From positions 106,518,001 to 106,582,000 of the forward strand of contig NC_045696.1 of assembly GCF_009834535.1 (NCBI RefSeq): a stretch of DNA of 64,000 nt. Reading direction: 5' to 3'. The notes under the pieces were generated by a model, which did not search any database, had not been told where the DNA came from, and worked only from the letters and a program-made list of their open reading frames with translations. This document shows, one piece after another, positions 35,666-49,785 of this stretch. The position numbers were made by a program, and so were the translations under genes. The DNA comes from Camelus ferus (taxonomy: Eukaryota). Each line of letters opens with the position of its first letter. Position 1 is the stretch's first letter.

Positions 35666-38600
35666 TTTTGCCTCTCATCTTGAAATATATCAGCTATATT
35701 ACAACTCCAGGCTTTATCACCATTTGAAGAAAGATTCACTTAGCAAACATCAAAATAATTGAAGATTTATAGGGAGTGAAAGCAAGTAGAGTGAACTTCT
35801 TGGCTTGTTCTCCTGTCCCTCTGTAAGCCTGTCAACTAATGCCATTAACTTGGCCCCAGCTAGAATTCGGGGCCCAGTCCTCCCTTGGGCAAGTCCTTGT
35901 AGCCCAGATCTAAGTAGCTAAGTTTTCATATTCATTTATAACTAAGCTTCCACCCTGTGTCTTATTTCCAGTAACTACTCAGTCTTGTGCCCTGTGTGTG
36001 TTAGTTACCCCGAGTGGTTCTGGGCTGCTGAGTTCAATTACCAGAGCACTGAGAAAAAGTGCTTGCTTCAGACAGGTCTTTTGTTTGCTGTCTCTGCCTC
36101 CTGTCTCTCCTCACATTAGCATGTACTTTTCTAGGATGAGTCACCTGTTTTCATATAAAAAATGATAACCTGAAGGTGGTGCTACTTTTTCTTTGCATGG
36201 ACTTTTCTTTCCATCCTTGTTTAGTCTCCATCTCCTCCTTCTCACATACCTCCTTCTCTTTTTGTTTTTTGTTTTTTCCCTCCTTCTATTCTCTTCCAGC
36301 AATTACTGTGTCCTTCTTCATGGCAGGAGAACACAATTAGACAAAAAGGTGAAAGACATGGTTCCTCCCCTAGGGAGCTCCCAGTCCACTGGGGATTCAG
36401 GGAAATGAACAAGTAACCTCCAGGTGCATGCTCAGTGCTGAGTTAATGGGGGCCAGTGGCCCCCTGGGGGCAGGCTGCAGCTTGCTGGAGGACATGAGGC
36501 TTGGTCTCAGTGCTGAAGGGTGGGAGGGATGTGGTCATGTTCACTTCTGGATTCTTGGCTACATTTTTGGCTACATTTGTTCTTGAAGTTTTGGGCAGTT
36601 TAGCTTTCAGATATGTGACATGCAAATGTAATGAACTTATTATTTCTTTTTGTATAAATGACTGTCTCCAATGTGTTTGAAGGATATTTTAAAACAGTGA
36701 TTTCAATGTGAAAATGTCATCTGAAATCTTATCTCTGCATTCTTAATTTGCCTGATAAACCATCTCATTCCAGGAGACAGAAAAACCAATATCATCCTAG
36801 GTTTGGCCATATCCCTTCAAAAAATCCCAAGAAGAGTGGTAACCAAAGAAGTTTATTAGTACATTGAAGTATTTCCTCCTGGCTTTTGAGTGCATACATG
36901 CAGATTTGCTCATGACACATGAAATGCTACATTTGAAAAGAGTAATGAAATTTCTCGGTCAGAGCACAGTTCATCAAATGGTGTCATTATTCAAACCTGA
37001 TTTTAATGGCTTGGGGCATATTCTGAGGATTTCTAGGGCCAACATCCTTTCCTCGCTCGAAACATTTATGTGTTCTCTACCTTCCAGGCTGCGAGTGCTG
37101 GGTGCTGCCCTGCCATTCTCAGAAACCTCTGGATCATGGTAGGGTCAGATCATTCCCATATATCAGATATTTAGCTTAATTTCCACATTTTCAGGGGAAA
37201 TAAGTAAAAAGAGTATGCTGATTGCTAACCTGCCCCAAGTGTTTCACCAATGTCTGATACAGTGACACTTGAATGATTGATTCCTTGATATTGTATATTT
37301 AAATCCCTTTTAAAGGAATTTTACTACTTATTTATCATTGTCATCAATAATTTTGTTGACACAAAGTAACAACTGTTTAGAGTTAAACAGAATTTATTAG
37401 TAGACTTAACATAAATTTTATCACAGTGTAATGTTCTAGAATCAACTAGCACTCATATTAGAGATCATCAGAGGCAAAAAAGCTAAACAATAGAGAGCAT
37501 CTGAAAAACTAGACTTAGAAGAGGCCATGAATAATTTAGATTTGCTCAAAATTTTGCATCCCCCACTACTTAACTACATTAAAACCAAATCAGGTTAGTA
37601 TCAGATTTTGAAAAATAGCAAATCTTATAAGGTAAAATCAGTCGGTCCCTCAGAAATCAAGGGGCACTGAATATTTATCTTAAATACTTCTAAGTCCATT
37701 CCCTTGGTTATTGGCATGACCCATCAATGAGAACCTTTGCCATCCTGAATCTTATGCAGAGTTATGGATGGAGCTTGGTCAGCAACTGGCCAGCATGTGG
37801 GCCACTTCTCAATCTGCAACAGAATGATGTTCTGAAATAATCTTCTTTCTCAAGCCATCAGCTAAAGTGCTCTTTGCAGCCAGACCACCAGGCTACAGCC
37901 CTGTCTGCCTCACAGACACATTGGGGTCAAAACATTGGTCCAAGTGGTTGGCTTGGACCATCTCAGGACTGTCCACCTGCTGTGCACATATTCAGGGAAA
38001 GCCTGAAGGATGATGAGATGTCCCCAGAACCAGCACGTGCCCAATGGCTTCTTGGCGACTGGAATGCCTTGGACAAGGGATCCCCCAGGGTCTCCACAGA
38101 GAAGCCTCTCTTCCAGAAATCTAAGACCCCACAAATGACCCTCTAGGTGAACACTCCTACTTATTAGTTTTGCCTAGTCACAGATATGTATACAAATCCT
38201 TGAGGAATTGTGCTATTTGTCCACAAAGCCAAAACAAATCAAATACTCATCACATTCCCTGTTAATGTATTTGACATAAATTGCATCTAAGCGGAACTAG
38301 GGTAGCTGTTTGAGAACAGCCGTTTGTGCACACTGCTCACTTATGCTCTGGGTTTATTACTGATATTATTCTGTACGAAAAATGAATCTTCCCATGTTGA
38401 GAAATTAACTTGGTCTTAATGGAGATAGTCTAGAGGTCACAAAAATGCTACAATTAATTCAGCACTTCTGTCTCCAAGTGATGGTGTTGCAACAAATTAT
38501 GAAGTGTAATTATGGTTATAGACCATCAGAACATTTGGCAAAATCAGTTAATTCTGTCAAGACAGATGATTCAGAATTGGCTTTGGCTTTAGATTGAATT

Positions 38601-41600
38601 ATTTGCATTTTCATTTGGTGCTTTGCCAACACGTATATACACGTGAGGAGGCTCCAGGGGCCGGATTTTGGTGGGAGTGCCAAATCCAAGGAGGAAAGGA
38701 GAACGGCTCTGGAGGTAGGCTTGGTTTCTGGAACTCACTTAGAAACTCACTGCTTTGGAGATAACTCTGCTAAAACTCAGTGCATTGCACCTCAGCTTCA
38801 GTTTGTAATTCACAGTAGCATATGTCATTGCTTAAAGGATTAGGAATGAACAAAATGAAATACTGATGCATAAGATCCCATTATTGGGTGAAGAATGAGG
38901 ACTCTAAGACGTTCTGTCCTGTTCCCTGCATCTCCGACTAAAGCTAACTTGTTTTCTTTATGTACCATTTCTGCAGGGGAGAGCTGACTGTGGAACTCAC
39001 AGGACAGAATTGACCAGACCAGATAAAATGCCTTGGGGAAGAACGACTTAATACTTACCGGAAGTGTGCCAAACAACTGGTCTGCCTCCTGGCGGTGGGG
39101 AGCAGAACTGCAAAACACATGATGAGAGGAACTAGACATTCTCTTTTCTCTTTGTTTCTTCCACCTTCCCTCCCTCTCCATTGCATTGCCCTCTGTCTCT
39201 CTTCCTTCTTCCTCCTCCCCTCTCTTTCTTCCCTGTCCAAACGGTGAGGACAGACTAATCAAAGCTATAAAGGAGGAAAGAAAGACTTTTAGAGCAGGGG
39301 CTAGTCAAGCAACAGGTTTGGCTGAAACAAAAGGATGAGGTTGGGAGTAAAAAAGTAATTTGGATATGTACACATGTAGATGACATTGAAAGTTGGGTGA
39401 CTTTAATCCCAAAGGACAGTTGGTGAGCCTGGTAAGTTCTTGAGTGGGAAATTGATGTGATAAACATAGCATTGAGAGGTACATTCCAATAGTGAGTGGA
39501 ACTAACCAGGGCAGAACCTAATATTTCTTTGTCCAGGGATGGAGCCATCCATCTGTCCCAGTTCCAGGTCATAGAATTGGCAAGTATCCCAATTAACTGA
39601 AGAATTGATTGTTGACAGGAGGAATGCACTCTGGAGGACTTGAAGGTGCTTCTGAAAAACACACATGGCCATTTCCTGTCTGTATCCAGACTTAAAGTAT
39701 CTCCATTGGCCTTCATGGCTTAGCTGGAGTGCCTCCTTTTCGGGGAAGGCTTCCCTGACCTGCTCCATTCAGGTTCTTTTATTCTGTCACTGTTTGTACC
39801 ACACTATTCATCTGTCCACACTGGATCCTGTCCTCTGAGCCCCCACATTCCTCTACTCCTGGTGCCTCTTGGAGGCAAGGGTTGAGTCTTTAACTCTTCA
39901 GTCAGTGGCCTCAGCACAATGCAGCACACAGCAGTGACTATGGCCTGGCTCAGAGTCTGTAACTCTGGGCAGTCAGGTGAGATGTGCAGATATCATTCCA
40001 TGACCTTCCTGGAAAACATTGCTTTTCAAATGTGGTTTCAAATATGTCTTGTCTTAAGAAGAGGTCAGCCTGTGAAAGGTCAGGTTCAGTGGGACTGGGT
40101 TAAGCTGTTTGCAGCTCTGACATTTTGTGATCTAAGTGCTAAGTTTCCTGGCAGGAGGAGGAGATGGGGTCAATGAGGCCATTTGCTAGGGTTGTCTAGG
40201 GGAGTTAGGGGCTGGAAGAAGCCGAGTACTCCAATCCTCCCTCACCCACCCACATGGCCCAGTCTAATCAAGCACTCTTAACATCAGAAACTTTAAACAA
40301 AACCAAACTAAAAGAAAGCCTCCTTCTTGGTGCAGCAAATAAAGAAAGAAGCAAAGGCACTCATCTGGGCTGTCCCAAATCTTCTTGGATCTTGTCCAGG
40401 ATGGAAGTGGCTGTTGGCGGCCATGATGGTGATGACTTCACATATCAGGTTCAAATGCGGCTGGACCCTCCATCTTCAGAGATTTCAGTACATCTTCCCC
40501 TCAAGCAGGGTGCAGGGACGCCACTCTGGGACCAGCGCTCATTCCTCTTACAGTGATTTTCTTCCCAGGGTATTTTTCCAGAAGCTGGCACTCATTTCCC
40601 ATGAGTGCCCGCCTAACAGAAGCAGGGGTCTAAATCTCATTGGCTCTTCTATTTAAGCTTCCTTAGTAAGTTTGGTAAAACACTGAAATGAAATATTCTT
40701 GTGTGAGTACTTGATGCCCAGCATAAAGGTGTTACTTTTGCTTTTTGTTCACACGATTTGACCCACATAAACAAAGCAACCCCCTCACCCCTATTCGCTT
40801 TCTTTATCTACTAAGGCATAATGATAATCACCAACACTATTTTAACAAATTCCTTTTACATGCTGGCAAGAAGGAAATCAAAGGGGAGACCTCTGTTTGA
40901 ACTGGTCAGTCCCAGGGACTTCAGGTGTGAAGACTGGGAGATGGAGCTTGTCAGATGGCTGGATGAGCAGGAGCCAATGTGTGAATAACGGACTGTCACG
41001 AGAAATAGGAAGGAATCTAGTTGTTCCAGGGGTTGACTGTAACAGGGAGAAGATAAGGCTGGAAAGGCAGGTTGAGGTCATACTGTGCAGGGTCCTGGAC
41101 TGGGTGGGCAGTTGGTGAACCATTGGCTGCCACAATTAGTGCTATGATTTAGAGAGGCTGATCTGATGGTGGTGTGTAGATCCATTTAATCTATTACCAT
41201 CTCAGCTCCAACAACAAAATGCTAAGCCCTGTTGAAGAAGATGTATAAGCTCTGAAGATGGCACTAAAAATCACATTGTCTTCCGTCTCAGCAGGGTGGT
41301 AATCTCAGTGAAGCAGTTTTCTTATGTGCCATCAGTCCACCCCTCATCCATTGATATCCCTATTAAAAATCATTTCCTTATGACTCTTGGAAATTTCTTA
41401 TTTAGTAGATCGATTAAAGCCAGTACTGCAAGCAGGGGGAACACATTAAAAGTTATAAGCAAAGGAATGCCTCTGGTTTGCATTTGGGAATGTTTACTTG
41501 AGGTGTAGAGTGAAGAAGGGTTTGGGAGTAAGGATGAGGGGTGGAGAGTCAGGCATTGCCAACGGAGATGAAGGGGAGAGGATAAATGCAGGGAGTGATT

Positions 41601-44600
41601 AGAAGTTGAAATTCACAGGACTCGGGTTACCAGCGGGACGTGCAGCTTGGGAGAGCGGGAACAGTGTCCCAGGTTTCTGACTTGAGTGACTGGTGGATGG
41701 TCACACAGTGAGGGAACCCAGGGTGAGAAACAGTTTAGGAGGAAGATGATGAATCCTTTCGGGAAGCTTTAGAAATAGAATTGTCGTTGGACTCCACCTA
41801 CATACACATTTCTTTAAAAATCCTTCATTTTGAAGACCATCTGCTACAGTTGCCAAAGTCGTCTCTAATATGAAATCTGCTTTTTTTTCAGGGCGATGTC
41901 GCTGCTGAGGCACTTTTTGTGACAGAACTGCTCCACCTCGACTGTTCTTCCCCAAAGTGAGCATGCCCCCGAATTCTTATCGTAGAAACTTCTAGACACA
42001 CCACCTCAACTCTGAAAGCCTTCTGGACTGATCTGGAAAAACACCAGATCTTTCCCTATTTCTCACACGTACAATATGTATTACCTTCTATGCATAAAAT
42101 ACACCTTGTCTTAGTGTAGATGCTCCATGTCTGACTCTGGTGAGGGCTGGATGGTTTGACTCGACCGAATTGTATACTCTATTTATAGTATGAAACCAGG
42201 GGGAACGTATAGGTCTGTGTAACTTTTTCTCCTTAAAGCTGGAGTGTGAAACAGTAGCTCCTCCGTTCCTGCCTTAGCCAAAGGAGGGCTTCTCCTCCTT
42301 ATCTGCCTAGTCACCTTGTAAGATTCTGGCATTTAATGGGCTGCATTTACTGGAGGGCAAGGTGACTGGATTTCAAAATCAGGACCCCTGCTGCTTCCTG
42401 TTTCACTGCCCAGGCCCTGCTGACTCACTCGGGTCCTGCTCCCGCGGCATCATGTTAGAGGCTGGCTGGAGGCGGGCATGCAGTTCCCCGGGAAAGAAAA
42501 GCATGTATTCTGGGGCTCAGAGAGGTGGCTGGCCATCTGGCGCTATGGGGCTCAAGGTCTGGGTCTTTGGTTGGAAGTAGGAGGTGCCACTTTGGCCTCA
42601 CGCCTGTTATGTCCTCCGCTCCAATTTTGACCGGGAAACCCTGCACTGGGAGATTCCGGGTCCCGATTTTACTAAAATCAGTACTTGCTCCCCTTTTTGT
42701 GTGTGCCCCCAGTCAGGAAGGACATGTGAGTGGGCATCTTGAACCCCAGTACCCTGGCTGTCTCAGAAAGAGCAGGATGAAGTGGGATTACGCTACCCTG
42801 GCCGGCATGGCTCACGTCTCTCCCCCTTGTGGGTGTCACCACTTAGCCCCCAGCTCTGAATCCAGCCTGCTGTTCTCCTCTGTCCGAGGGGTTTCTTGTG
42901 CTTGAAAAACATGAGTGGCTGAGCCTGGGTGTGTGATGCTTCTTGCCCTCGTCCTCCCACCACTTGCTAAAGCTTGCACCTCATCCCTGGTCAGACTGGC
43001 ACCCGGGTTCTGGACTCTGCTTTTTGCTCAGTTTGTAGCACTCACTCCTCTGGACTGACCCTAGTTTCAATGAGTATTTCTGGATTCATGTCCTCCCACC
43101 CCCACCTGCAGCGGAATGAATGACCCCTGGCTTTGCTCTTGTAATTAGAGTGGGCCTCCCCACCACACCCCTGGGGATCTTCAGAGACCCTTCCTTTGGG
43201 TCCTTCTTATGACAGATAAGCCAAGCTTGTGGCTGCTGAAGGGTGACCCTCAGTCTGCTCCATTCTCTGCCCCACAGGAGGGGACACTGGTCCTGAGGAA
43301 AAAGAGACATTGAATTGATTTTCTTGACTTTAAATGATAGCAAAAAGAGATTCAGAACTGAGATAAGAAAGATTTCCTAGTTTTCAGTTATTCACTCATC
43401 CAATGTTTATTAAACATGGGCTTCTTGTTGGCTATTATCTATGTTGTTAGGACTCTAGGGGTGAGGTCAGGAGCTCCCAAAGGAGTAGGGAAGACTTTCA
43501 GTACAGCCTGACTGATTCTTTGGTAGGACTAAGGCAGAGGCCTGTGGGAGAAGGGGCACCTCGCCCAGCCTCAGAGATGGAGGGTGTGCTTGTGGTGAAA
43601 AGCGAAGCACTGGAGGTGTGTCTGGGACCAGCATGGATGACTGGATGCCTTTAAGAAAAAGCCACGTCTTCACATGCAAAACGTGTGAAGCCCAAAGGCA
43701 GGGTGAGCCTCGTAGAATTTCACAAGATTGCCCTAGACCTAAGGAGTCCACTGAGCATTTCCCCCACCCCCTCCCCAATACACAAACTTTCAAAGCACTT
43801 GGAGCTTCTCAGAAAGTGAGATGACAAACCCAAACACATCAGCCTCTCGGTAGTACCTTCAGCATCTTCGGTGCGCACTGAATTTCCCTCAATAACAGCA
43901 AAACTCTACTTGCTTTTGGTTACTTCTCTTCTGGAAGGGGTGAGTTGGGAGTGGGGGACATTGGAAAACGCTCTGGTCGCATCCTTCATTTGTACAGAGG
44001 CATGAAACCCATTATATTATCTACCTGCCATTTCTTGGTAAAGAAAGAAAAACCCTTTCCTCCTTCTCCGGTCTGTACTGGAGACTGTTAATTTGAATAA
44101 GCTTTATCTAGCAAGCTTAGAATTTCTTCTTTTTGGCCCCACTTCTCCACATCTTTTGGCTTCTGAAAGCAAGGACAGGTCACTTGCTTTTGTCATGAAC
44201 ATTTGGATGAATGTTCTGAAGCATCCACATATGTGTGTACACAAAGGCATGAAAGCCCATTTTTAATCGGAAGTGTTTTGTTTTCCTTGGGTTTTTAACT
44301 TTCAATGGAGCTCACGCTCCCCTCTTAGGCTAGTCATCCAGGCTGCTTTATTTCTCTGTGTCCATGCTTTCATGGTGCAGCATAATAGCTTTTGTATCAG
44401 AAGCACAGGGCAAGAGGAGCCCTGATGCCAAAGGTCCGTATCATATCCATAATGGTGGATTTGGATGGCAAAGCAGGGCTTGGGGGAAGGTGAGAGCGAG
44501 CGTTTTCCATTGGTGAACCCGAGTCCTTCTAGCAACGTGGGCACAATGGCGCCGTTCTGAGCGCAGAACAGGCTCTGTTGCCGGCGACGCTGACACGCTC

Positions 44601-45379
44601 ATTCGCGTCCCACACAATGGGCCCTGCGCTGCAACCTTGCCCAACACGAAGGCACCCGCATCTCCCGGTGATTGTTACAGAACAAAAAGAACTTTGTCTC
44701 TTGCGTAGCCGCAGAGCCTTGTGTGTTAACATTTCTTTCTTTAAAAAAAAAAAAAATTAAAGATTTGTTTTCCCTTTCTTTTCTTTACTCCTCTCTCCAA
44801 AGTGAATGGACTAAAGTGAATGTCAGCCTGGGGTCCAGAATCAGGAAATCCAGTGGAGAACTTGAAAGGGTTGGTATGAAAAGAAGAGAGTGGACGAAGG
44901 TAGGAGATTAAAGAAGCTCCTGGTTACTGTAGCTCTTCCATCATATCATCATTGAGGAAGGGGAAAATGTAGACAGGTGGTCAACTCAGGCTCGCACGCC
45001 ACAAAGAGTGAAGACCAGTAAGGGCTTGGACTTGGATCAACACTAGTGACTTGTTAAAGACTCAGGGCAAGACCCGACCAGAGGAGGGGTTCCTCCTCCC
45101 CTGATTGTGAACCTAAATGCCCAAATCCTCACTCTCTCCTCCCAGAGACACTCTGTTGTGGAGACAAGTTCAAATCTATGTAAGCATCAGTATCTGTGAA
45201 AATTCCAATGCCTTCAGGCTGATTTCAGTTTATTGTTTCAAAACTTAATGGCTTCTTGTGAATTCTGTACTCACTTGTAATCTGTTTTCTTTTAGTTTGT
45301 ATTCAGTCAGGCAGCAGTACAATGCCCCCCTGCTATGTTTTGAAATGATGTTTTTTCTGGAAGTTAACTGCTTGGGGAC

Positions 45380-45575
45380 TTCCAGAGTCAGACTGTCCGT
45401 GTTTGATTGCCAGCTCCACCTCTCAGTAGCTGTGCACCTTAGGCAAGTTAGTTATCATCCTAGGGTCTTAACTTTTCCTATAAAATGGGGATAATGATAT
45501 TGTCTACTTAAGGGGTAGTTGTGGGATCAAATATGAAGCACTTAAAAGCATACTGGCACCTAGTAAACCTCAATA
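45380..45575 (+). mobile_element. MIR
   Basis: agagtcagactg...tagctgtgcaccttaggcaagtta...taaaatggggataatgat. Confidence 0.75.
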
Positions 45576-46226
45576 CACTTTGCTGCTAATGCAGATCAGA
45601 TGGACATCAAAGCCTCCTCAACGAGTCTTCTCAGTGCTTCTTATTGCGATGGATGGTTTTCCTTCATCCAAAACACGGTTTAGCTACATAAAGACTCAGT
45701 CTACTTGTTCTTGTCGCCTTCCCTGTGGCCAGGAAGCCTGGCTGTACCCTTTCATGTCCTTGCTCTGCATTGCGTGTAGACCATACTAGCTCTCCAGGGC
45801 CTAAACTCCTTATTCCCATGACTGCTTTTTCCAAACAGAAGAGGATGTCTCAGTCACTTTACCAATGAGTTTTTTTTCCTCATTGCTGGTCAATACATTG
45901 TTTTATTAACACAGCTTGTGTCTGCATGTTAAACATTTCACTCCCGGTCCATAATCACACAGATTTGGCTCAGAAGTAAAAATAAAAAAATGTTAACTAA
46001 AATATCTGGCATGGTAATGATTTATAAACGTTTTTATTATGATGATTTTTTAAGTTAATGGAAATAGTCTCTTTTATTGAATCAGTTTGAACATGGGGAT
46101 TCTGGTCAAAGATAGAATTCCTGCCCATTCTCTGCCCAAAGGAAATGTATAATATTAATCTAGAGGAACTGGATATGGATGTATATTTATAAGATGTATA
46201 GAAAGCTACGTATTTTTAATTCTTCT

Positions 46227-46620
46227 TTTAAATTTTGCTATTGAAGTGTAGTTGACTTACAATGTTAATTTCAGGTGTACAGCAAAGCAATTCATTTATA
46301 CATATACATACATATATATTTTTTCAGATTATTTTCTATTATATGTTATTATGAGAAATTGAATATAGTTCCCTGTGCTGTACAGTAAGTCACTGTTTAT
46401 CTATTTTATATACAGTAATGTGTATCTATTAACCTCAAACTCCTAATCTATCTATCCATCCTCCCCTCCCCCACTGGTAACCACAGTTTGTTTTCTATGT
46501 CTGTGAGTCTATTTCTGGTTTGTGAATAAAATTTTTATCTTTTCCCTTTTTTAGATTCCACATATAATTGACATATGATATTTGTCTTTCTCTGTCTGAC
46601 TTACTTCACTCAGTATGATA
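46227..46620 (-). mobile_element. Young L1 3' end
   Basis: ttgaagtgtagttgacttacaatg...tttagattccacatataa...tctgacttacttcactcagtatgata. Confidence 0.85.
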
Positions 46621-47246
46621 ATTTTAACAAAGCATCAAAGCAAAACACGAATTGTAGCAAACACTTCCTATATAAGCAAAGGGTAAGTACATTTAGGTGG
46701 TGGGGCTGAGAGAGGTTGGGTGAGTCTGCAGGTGAGACTGGATTTGTGGAGCTCTGTCAGAAATGGAAAAGAAGCTGCTTGAAGGACAGGAGAAGAGAAT
46801 AATGTGGGAGGAGAGAGTGCTCCAAGGACATTCACTGGACTGAAGGTTTAGAGATGTTCCAGTCCTTCTGTGCACCTGATTCAGGCTGTGACTATAGGTG
46901 ACGTCACCAACGTTAATCACCTGGAAGGTCCTGGCTGTGATCTCCTTCTTACCTCTATTATGAAAGCAGAATTAAAAGGGTCGGCACAGGTCTAAATGAA
47001 AGGTTTCAACCATTTGTAGGACCATTCCTGAGAGATCCTGGTGGATCTGACTATAACAGCCCAGTGGCAAAGATGCAAATGGATGTACCAGTCTGTATAA
47101 AAGTTATGCATTTGACAAACTGTTTATGCCTTTGAGCTTCAGTTCCTCCATCTGTGAACTGGGAAGAAGAGTAGCAACTACCTTTTAGGATTGTGGAGAG
47201 GATGCTGCAGAGCTCACAGCTCTGACACAGGAGTCTCTAGGTATTC

Positions 47247-47308
47247 ACCATCATCATCATCTTCATCATCATATTCATCATCACCATCATCATCTTCATC
47301 ATCTTCAT
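47247..47308. repeat. (CAT)n imperfect trinucleotide microsatellite
   Basis: caccatcatcatcatcttcatcatcatattcatcatcaccatcatcatcttcatcatcttcat. Confidence 0.9.
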
Positions 47309-49029
47309 ACTCTGTCATTATCACCAAACAGAATAACTGACCTGACTGGGGCTATCTCCATGAAGTAAGGCACTGTATATCATTTGGTGCCATTCTATCC
47401 CCTCTAGAACCCCTTGACCCTCTCACCTGGTACTTTGTTATTCCTGTGCCCTGCCAAGCGAGAACACCCTGCCACAGGTAAACTTTTCTACCTCAAACCT
47501 TTCAAAATACTTTTCTGTTTAAGACCAATAAATTAGGCTCATATTTGAAACTAAAATATTGTCAGAGAAATTCTGAAAAAAACTTTAGGCACTGTGTGTT
47601 GGTCAAAAATGGACCTGTGTGTCAGCTTTAGCCAACGGAACCATCTTTCATCCAAGAAAGGTTGATTAGTTGATGAGATATACATCATCTTGGCTTCCAA
47701 ATCCTAGAGGCCATCAAAGGTATCCTGATGTTAAAGATATCACTATTTTAATGATCCCTGCTGAGGAGTATTAAAAAAAAAAAAAGTTGTGCTTTCAGTC
47801 CTTAAGACTTATTGCTTGTATTTTCACAGCTTTCTTAAAGTAAAAAGGGGTGTTGTGGAAAATGATAAAATTTATCATTTATAGCGAAATATTAATGTAG
47901 CAGCAGGAGATTCGATGAGGCCATCTATCTATGAGCATTCAAACTTCAAAGGAAGCATAAACACGAAATTAATGGTTTGTCTAGTGTAAGAGACAAATAA
48001 ATGCAAATGTGGGCTCATTAATATCAAGTGGATGACTTCTTGGTTTATGGGGTTTGGATTGATTTTGTCAAAGGCCAATAGATTTATTTTAAAAAGTCTT
48101 TGAAATTTAGCATCCATACACCCATTATTGAGAGAAATAAAACTCCCAGCACTCCCAGACGGCCTCTCTTCCTCCTCCTCCTCCCCCCATTCCTAGATGT
48201 TGCTTTACTGAGATAAAGTTCTTACATTAGGACTTACTTTCACACTGAAATATGTCCCTTGTAGGAACTGCTATAAACGTCAGCATTTTCCACAGCATTA
48301 GTTTATGGGCAGAGTGAATTTTAATGGCATCATAATCTCGTGGCAATCAATTGCAGTGCTTGGGAAAAAAAAGCTCTGGGGGTGTCCATTAAATGGGCTT
48401 TGCATCACTTTTAATGCTCCAAAATCTTGAAGTCTCTCCCTGTCATTCCTGTTTGACTATAGACAAAATAGTTTCCCCCCACCTCTGTTTTAGGCTGAAG
48501 TAGAGTTAAACACCTTTATTTACCACTTAATTCTCTAATCAGGAGGGGAAAAAATCAGTTACTCTCTTTCACTTGAATAAAGTCATGAGTCTGATGACTC
48601 TGATACAACATAGGAAACCAAAGCAGGAGTTTTGGTGGGTTTTTCACTCTTTCTAGATTGTCAAATGCCTCTGCTGTGGTCAAAATCTAGCTTTTGTGGT
48701 TGTCAAGTTATTCTGAGTGGTGTGGTCCAGATACTGTAAAGGGAACCCCTCCACAGTGGGTCCTACCCTTCCTGAGTTTACACTCTCTGTCTATTCCATT
48801 TCTACCTCCAATTCCAGTGCGATCTCCATATCTAATTCTACATATCACACACCTGAATGTTGAGCATAGATAACACGTGGGCTATCACAATTATTTAAAT
48901 TGAGTTTCCCATTTTTTTTTTTTTTTGCTTAGTTTGTCACCTTCAAGAGATAATATGGGCTTTTTTTCCAGGTTAACTGTATTCATGCTTCTCAACCATT
49001 TTGAGGCACTTTCTTACTTCAGTACCTCT

Positions 49030-49785
49030 GACCTCTCTTGAGGATTTGCGTGCACAACAAACTAATTTGGGAAAAGAAGGTGTTTAGGACTTGGTTCTGT
49101 AGTCAGTTCTCTACAAAACTTGAAAGTGAGGGAAATAATATTATCCTCTGAGAGTTAAATTGTAAAGTCGATACACGATGAACAAGAATAAAGATATACA
49201 AGGTATTGAATCTGTATATTGCCTTGGGTAGTACAGCCATTTAAACAATATTGATTCTTCCAATCTAAGAACATGGATTCTAAAAATGGAGTTGCCAGAT
49301 GATCCAGCAATCTCACTTCTGGGCATATATCTGGATAAAACCATAACTCAAAAAGATACATACCCCCCAGTGTTCATAGCAGCACTATTTACAATAGACA
49401 AGACATGGAAGCAACCTAAATGTCTACCGACAGATGGCTAGATAAAGATGTTATGGTATATTTATACAATGGAATAGTACTCAGCCATAAAAGAATGAAA
49501 TAATGCCATTTGCAGCAACACAGACAGACCTAGAGTTTATCATATTAAATGAAGTAAGTCAGACAGAGAAAGATAAATATCATATGATATCTCTTATATG
49601 TGGAATCTAAAAAAAATGACACAAATGAACTTATTTATCAACCATATCATCAGAAATACACTTTCAGAAGGTAATATTATTTCCCTCATTTTCAAGTTTT
49701 GTGGAGAACCGACTACAAAACCAAGTCGTAAACACTTTCTTTTCCCAAATTAGTTTGTTGGGCATGTAAATCCCCAAGAAGGGTC
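49030..49785. repeat. 126-bp inverted repeat pair (49030-49155 and 49660-49785)
   Basis: Ungapped manual reverse-complement alignment, 15 mismatches in 126 (~88% identity). Confidence 0.92.

Noticed and set aside
47247..47308. Possible poly-His coding tract
   Set aside because: Simple (CAT)n microsatellite next to a MIR remnant, with no exon context.
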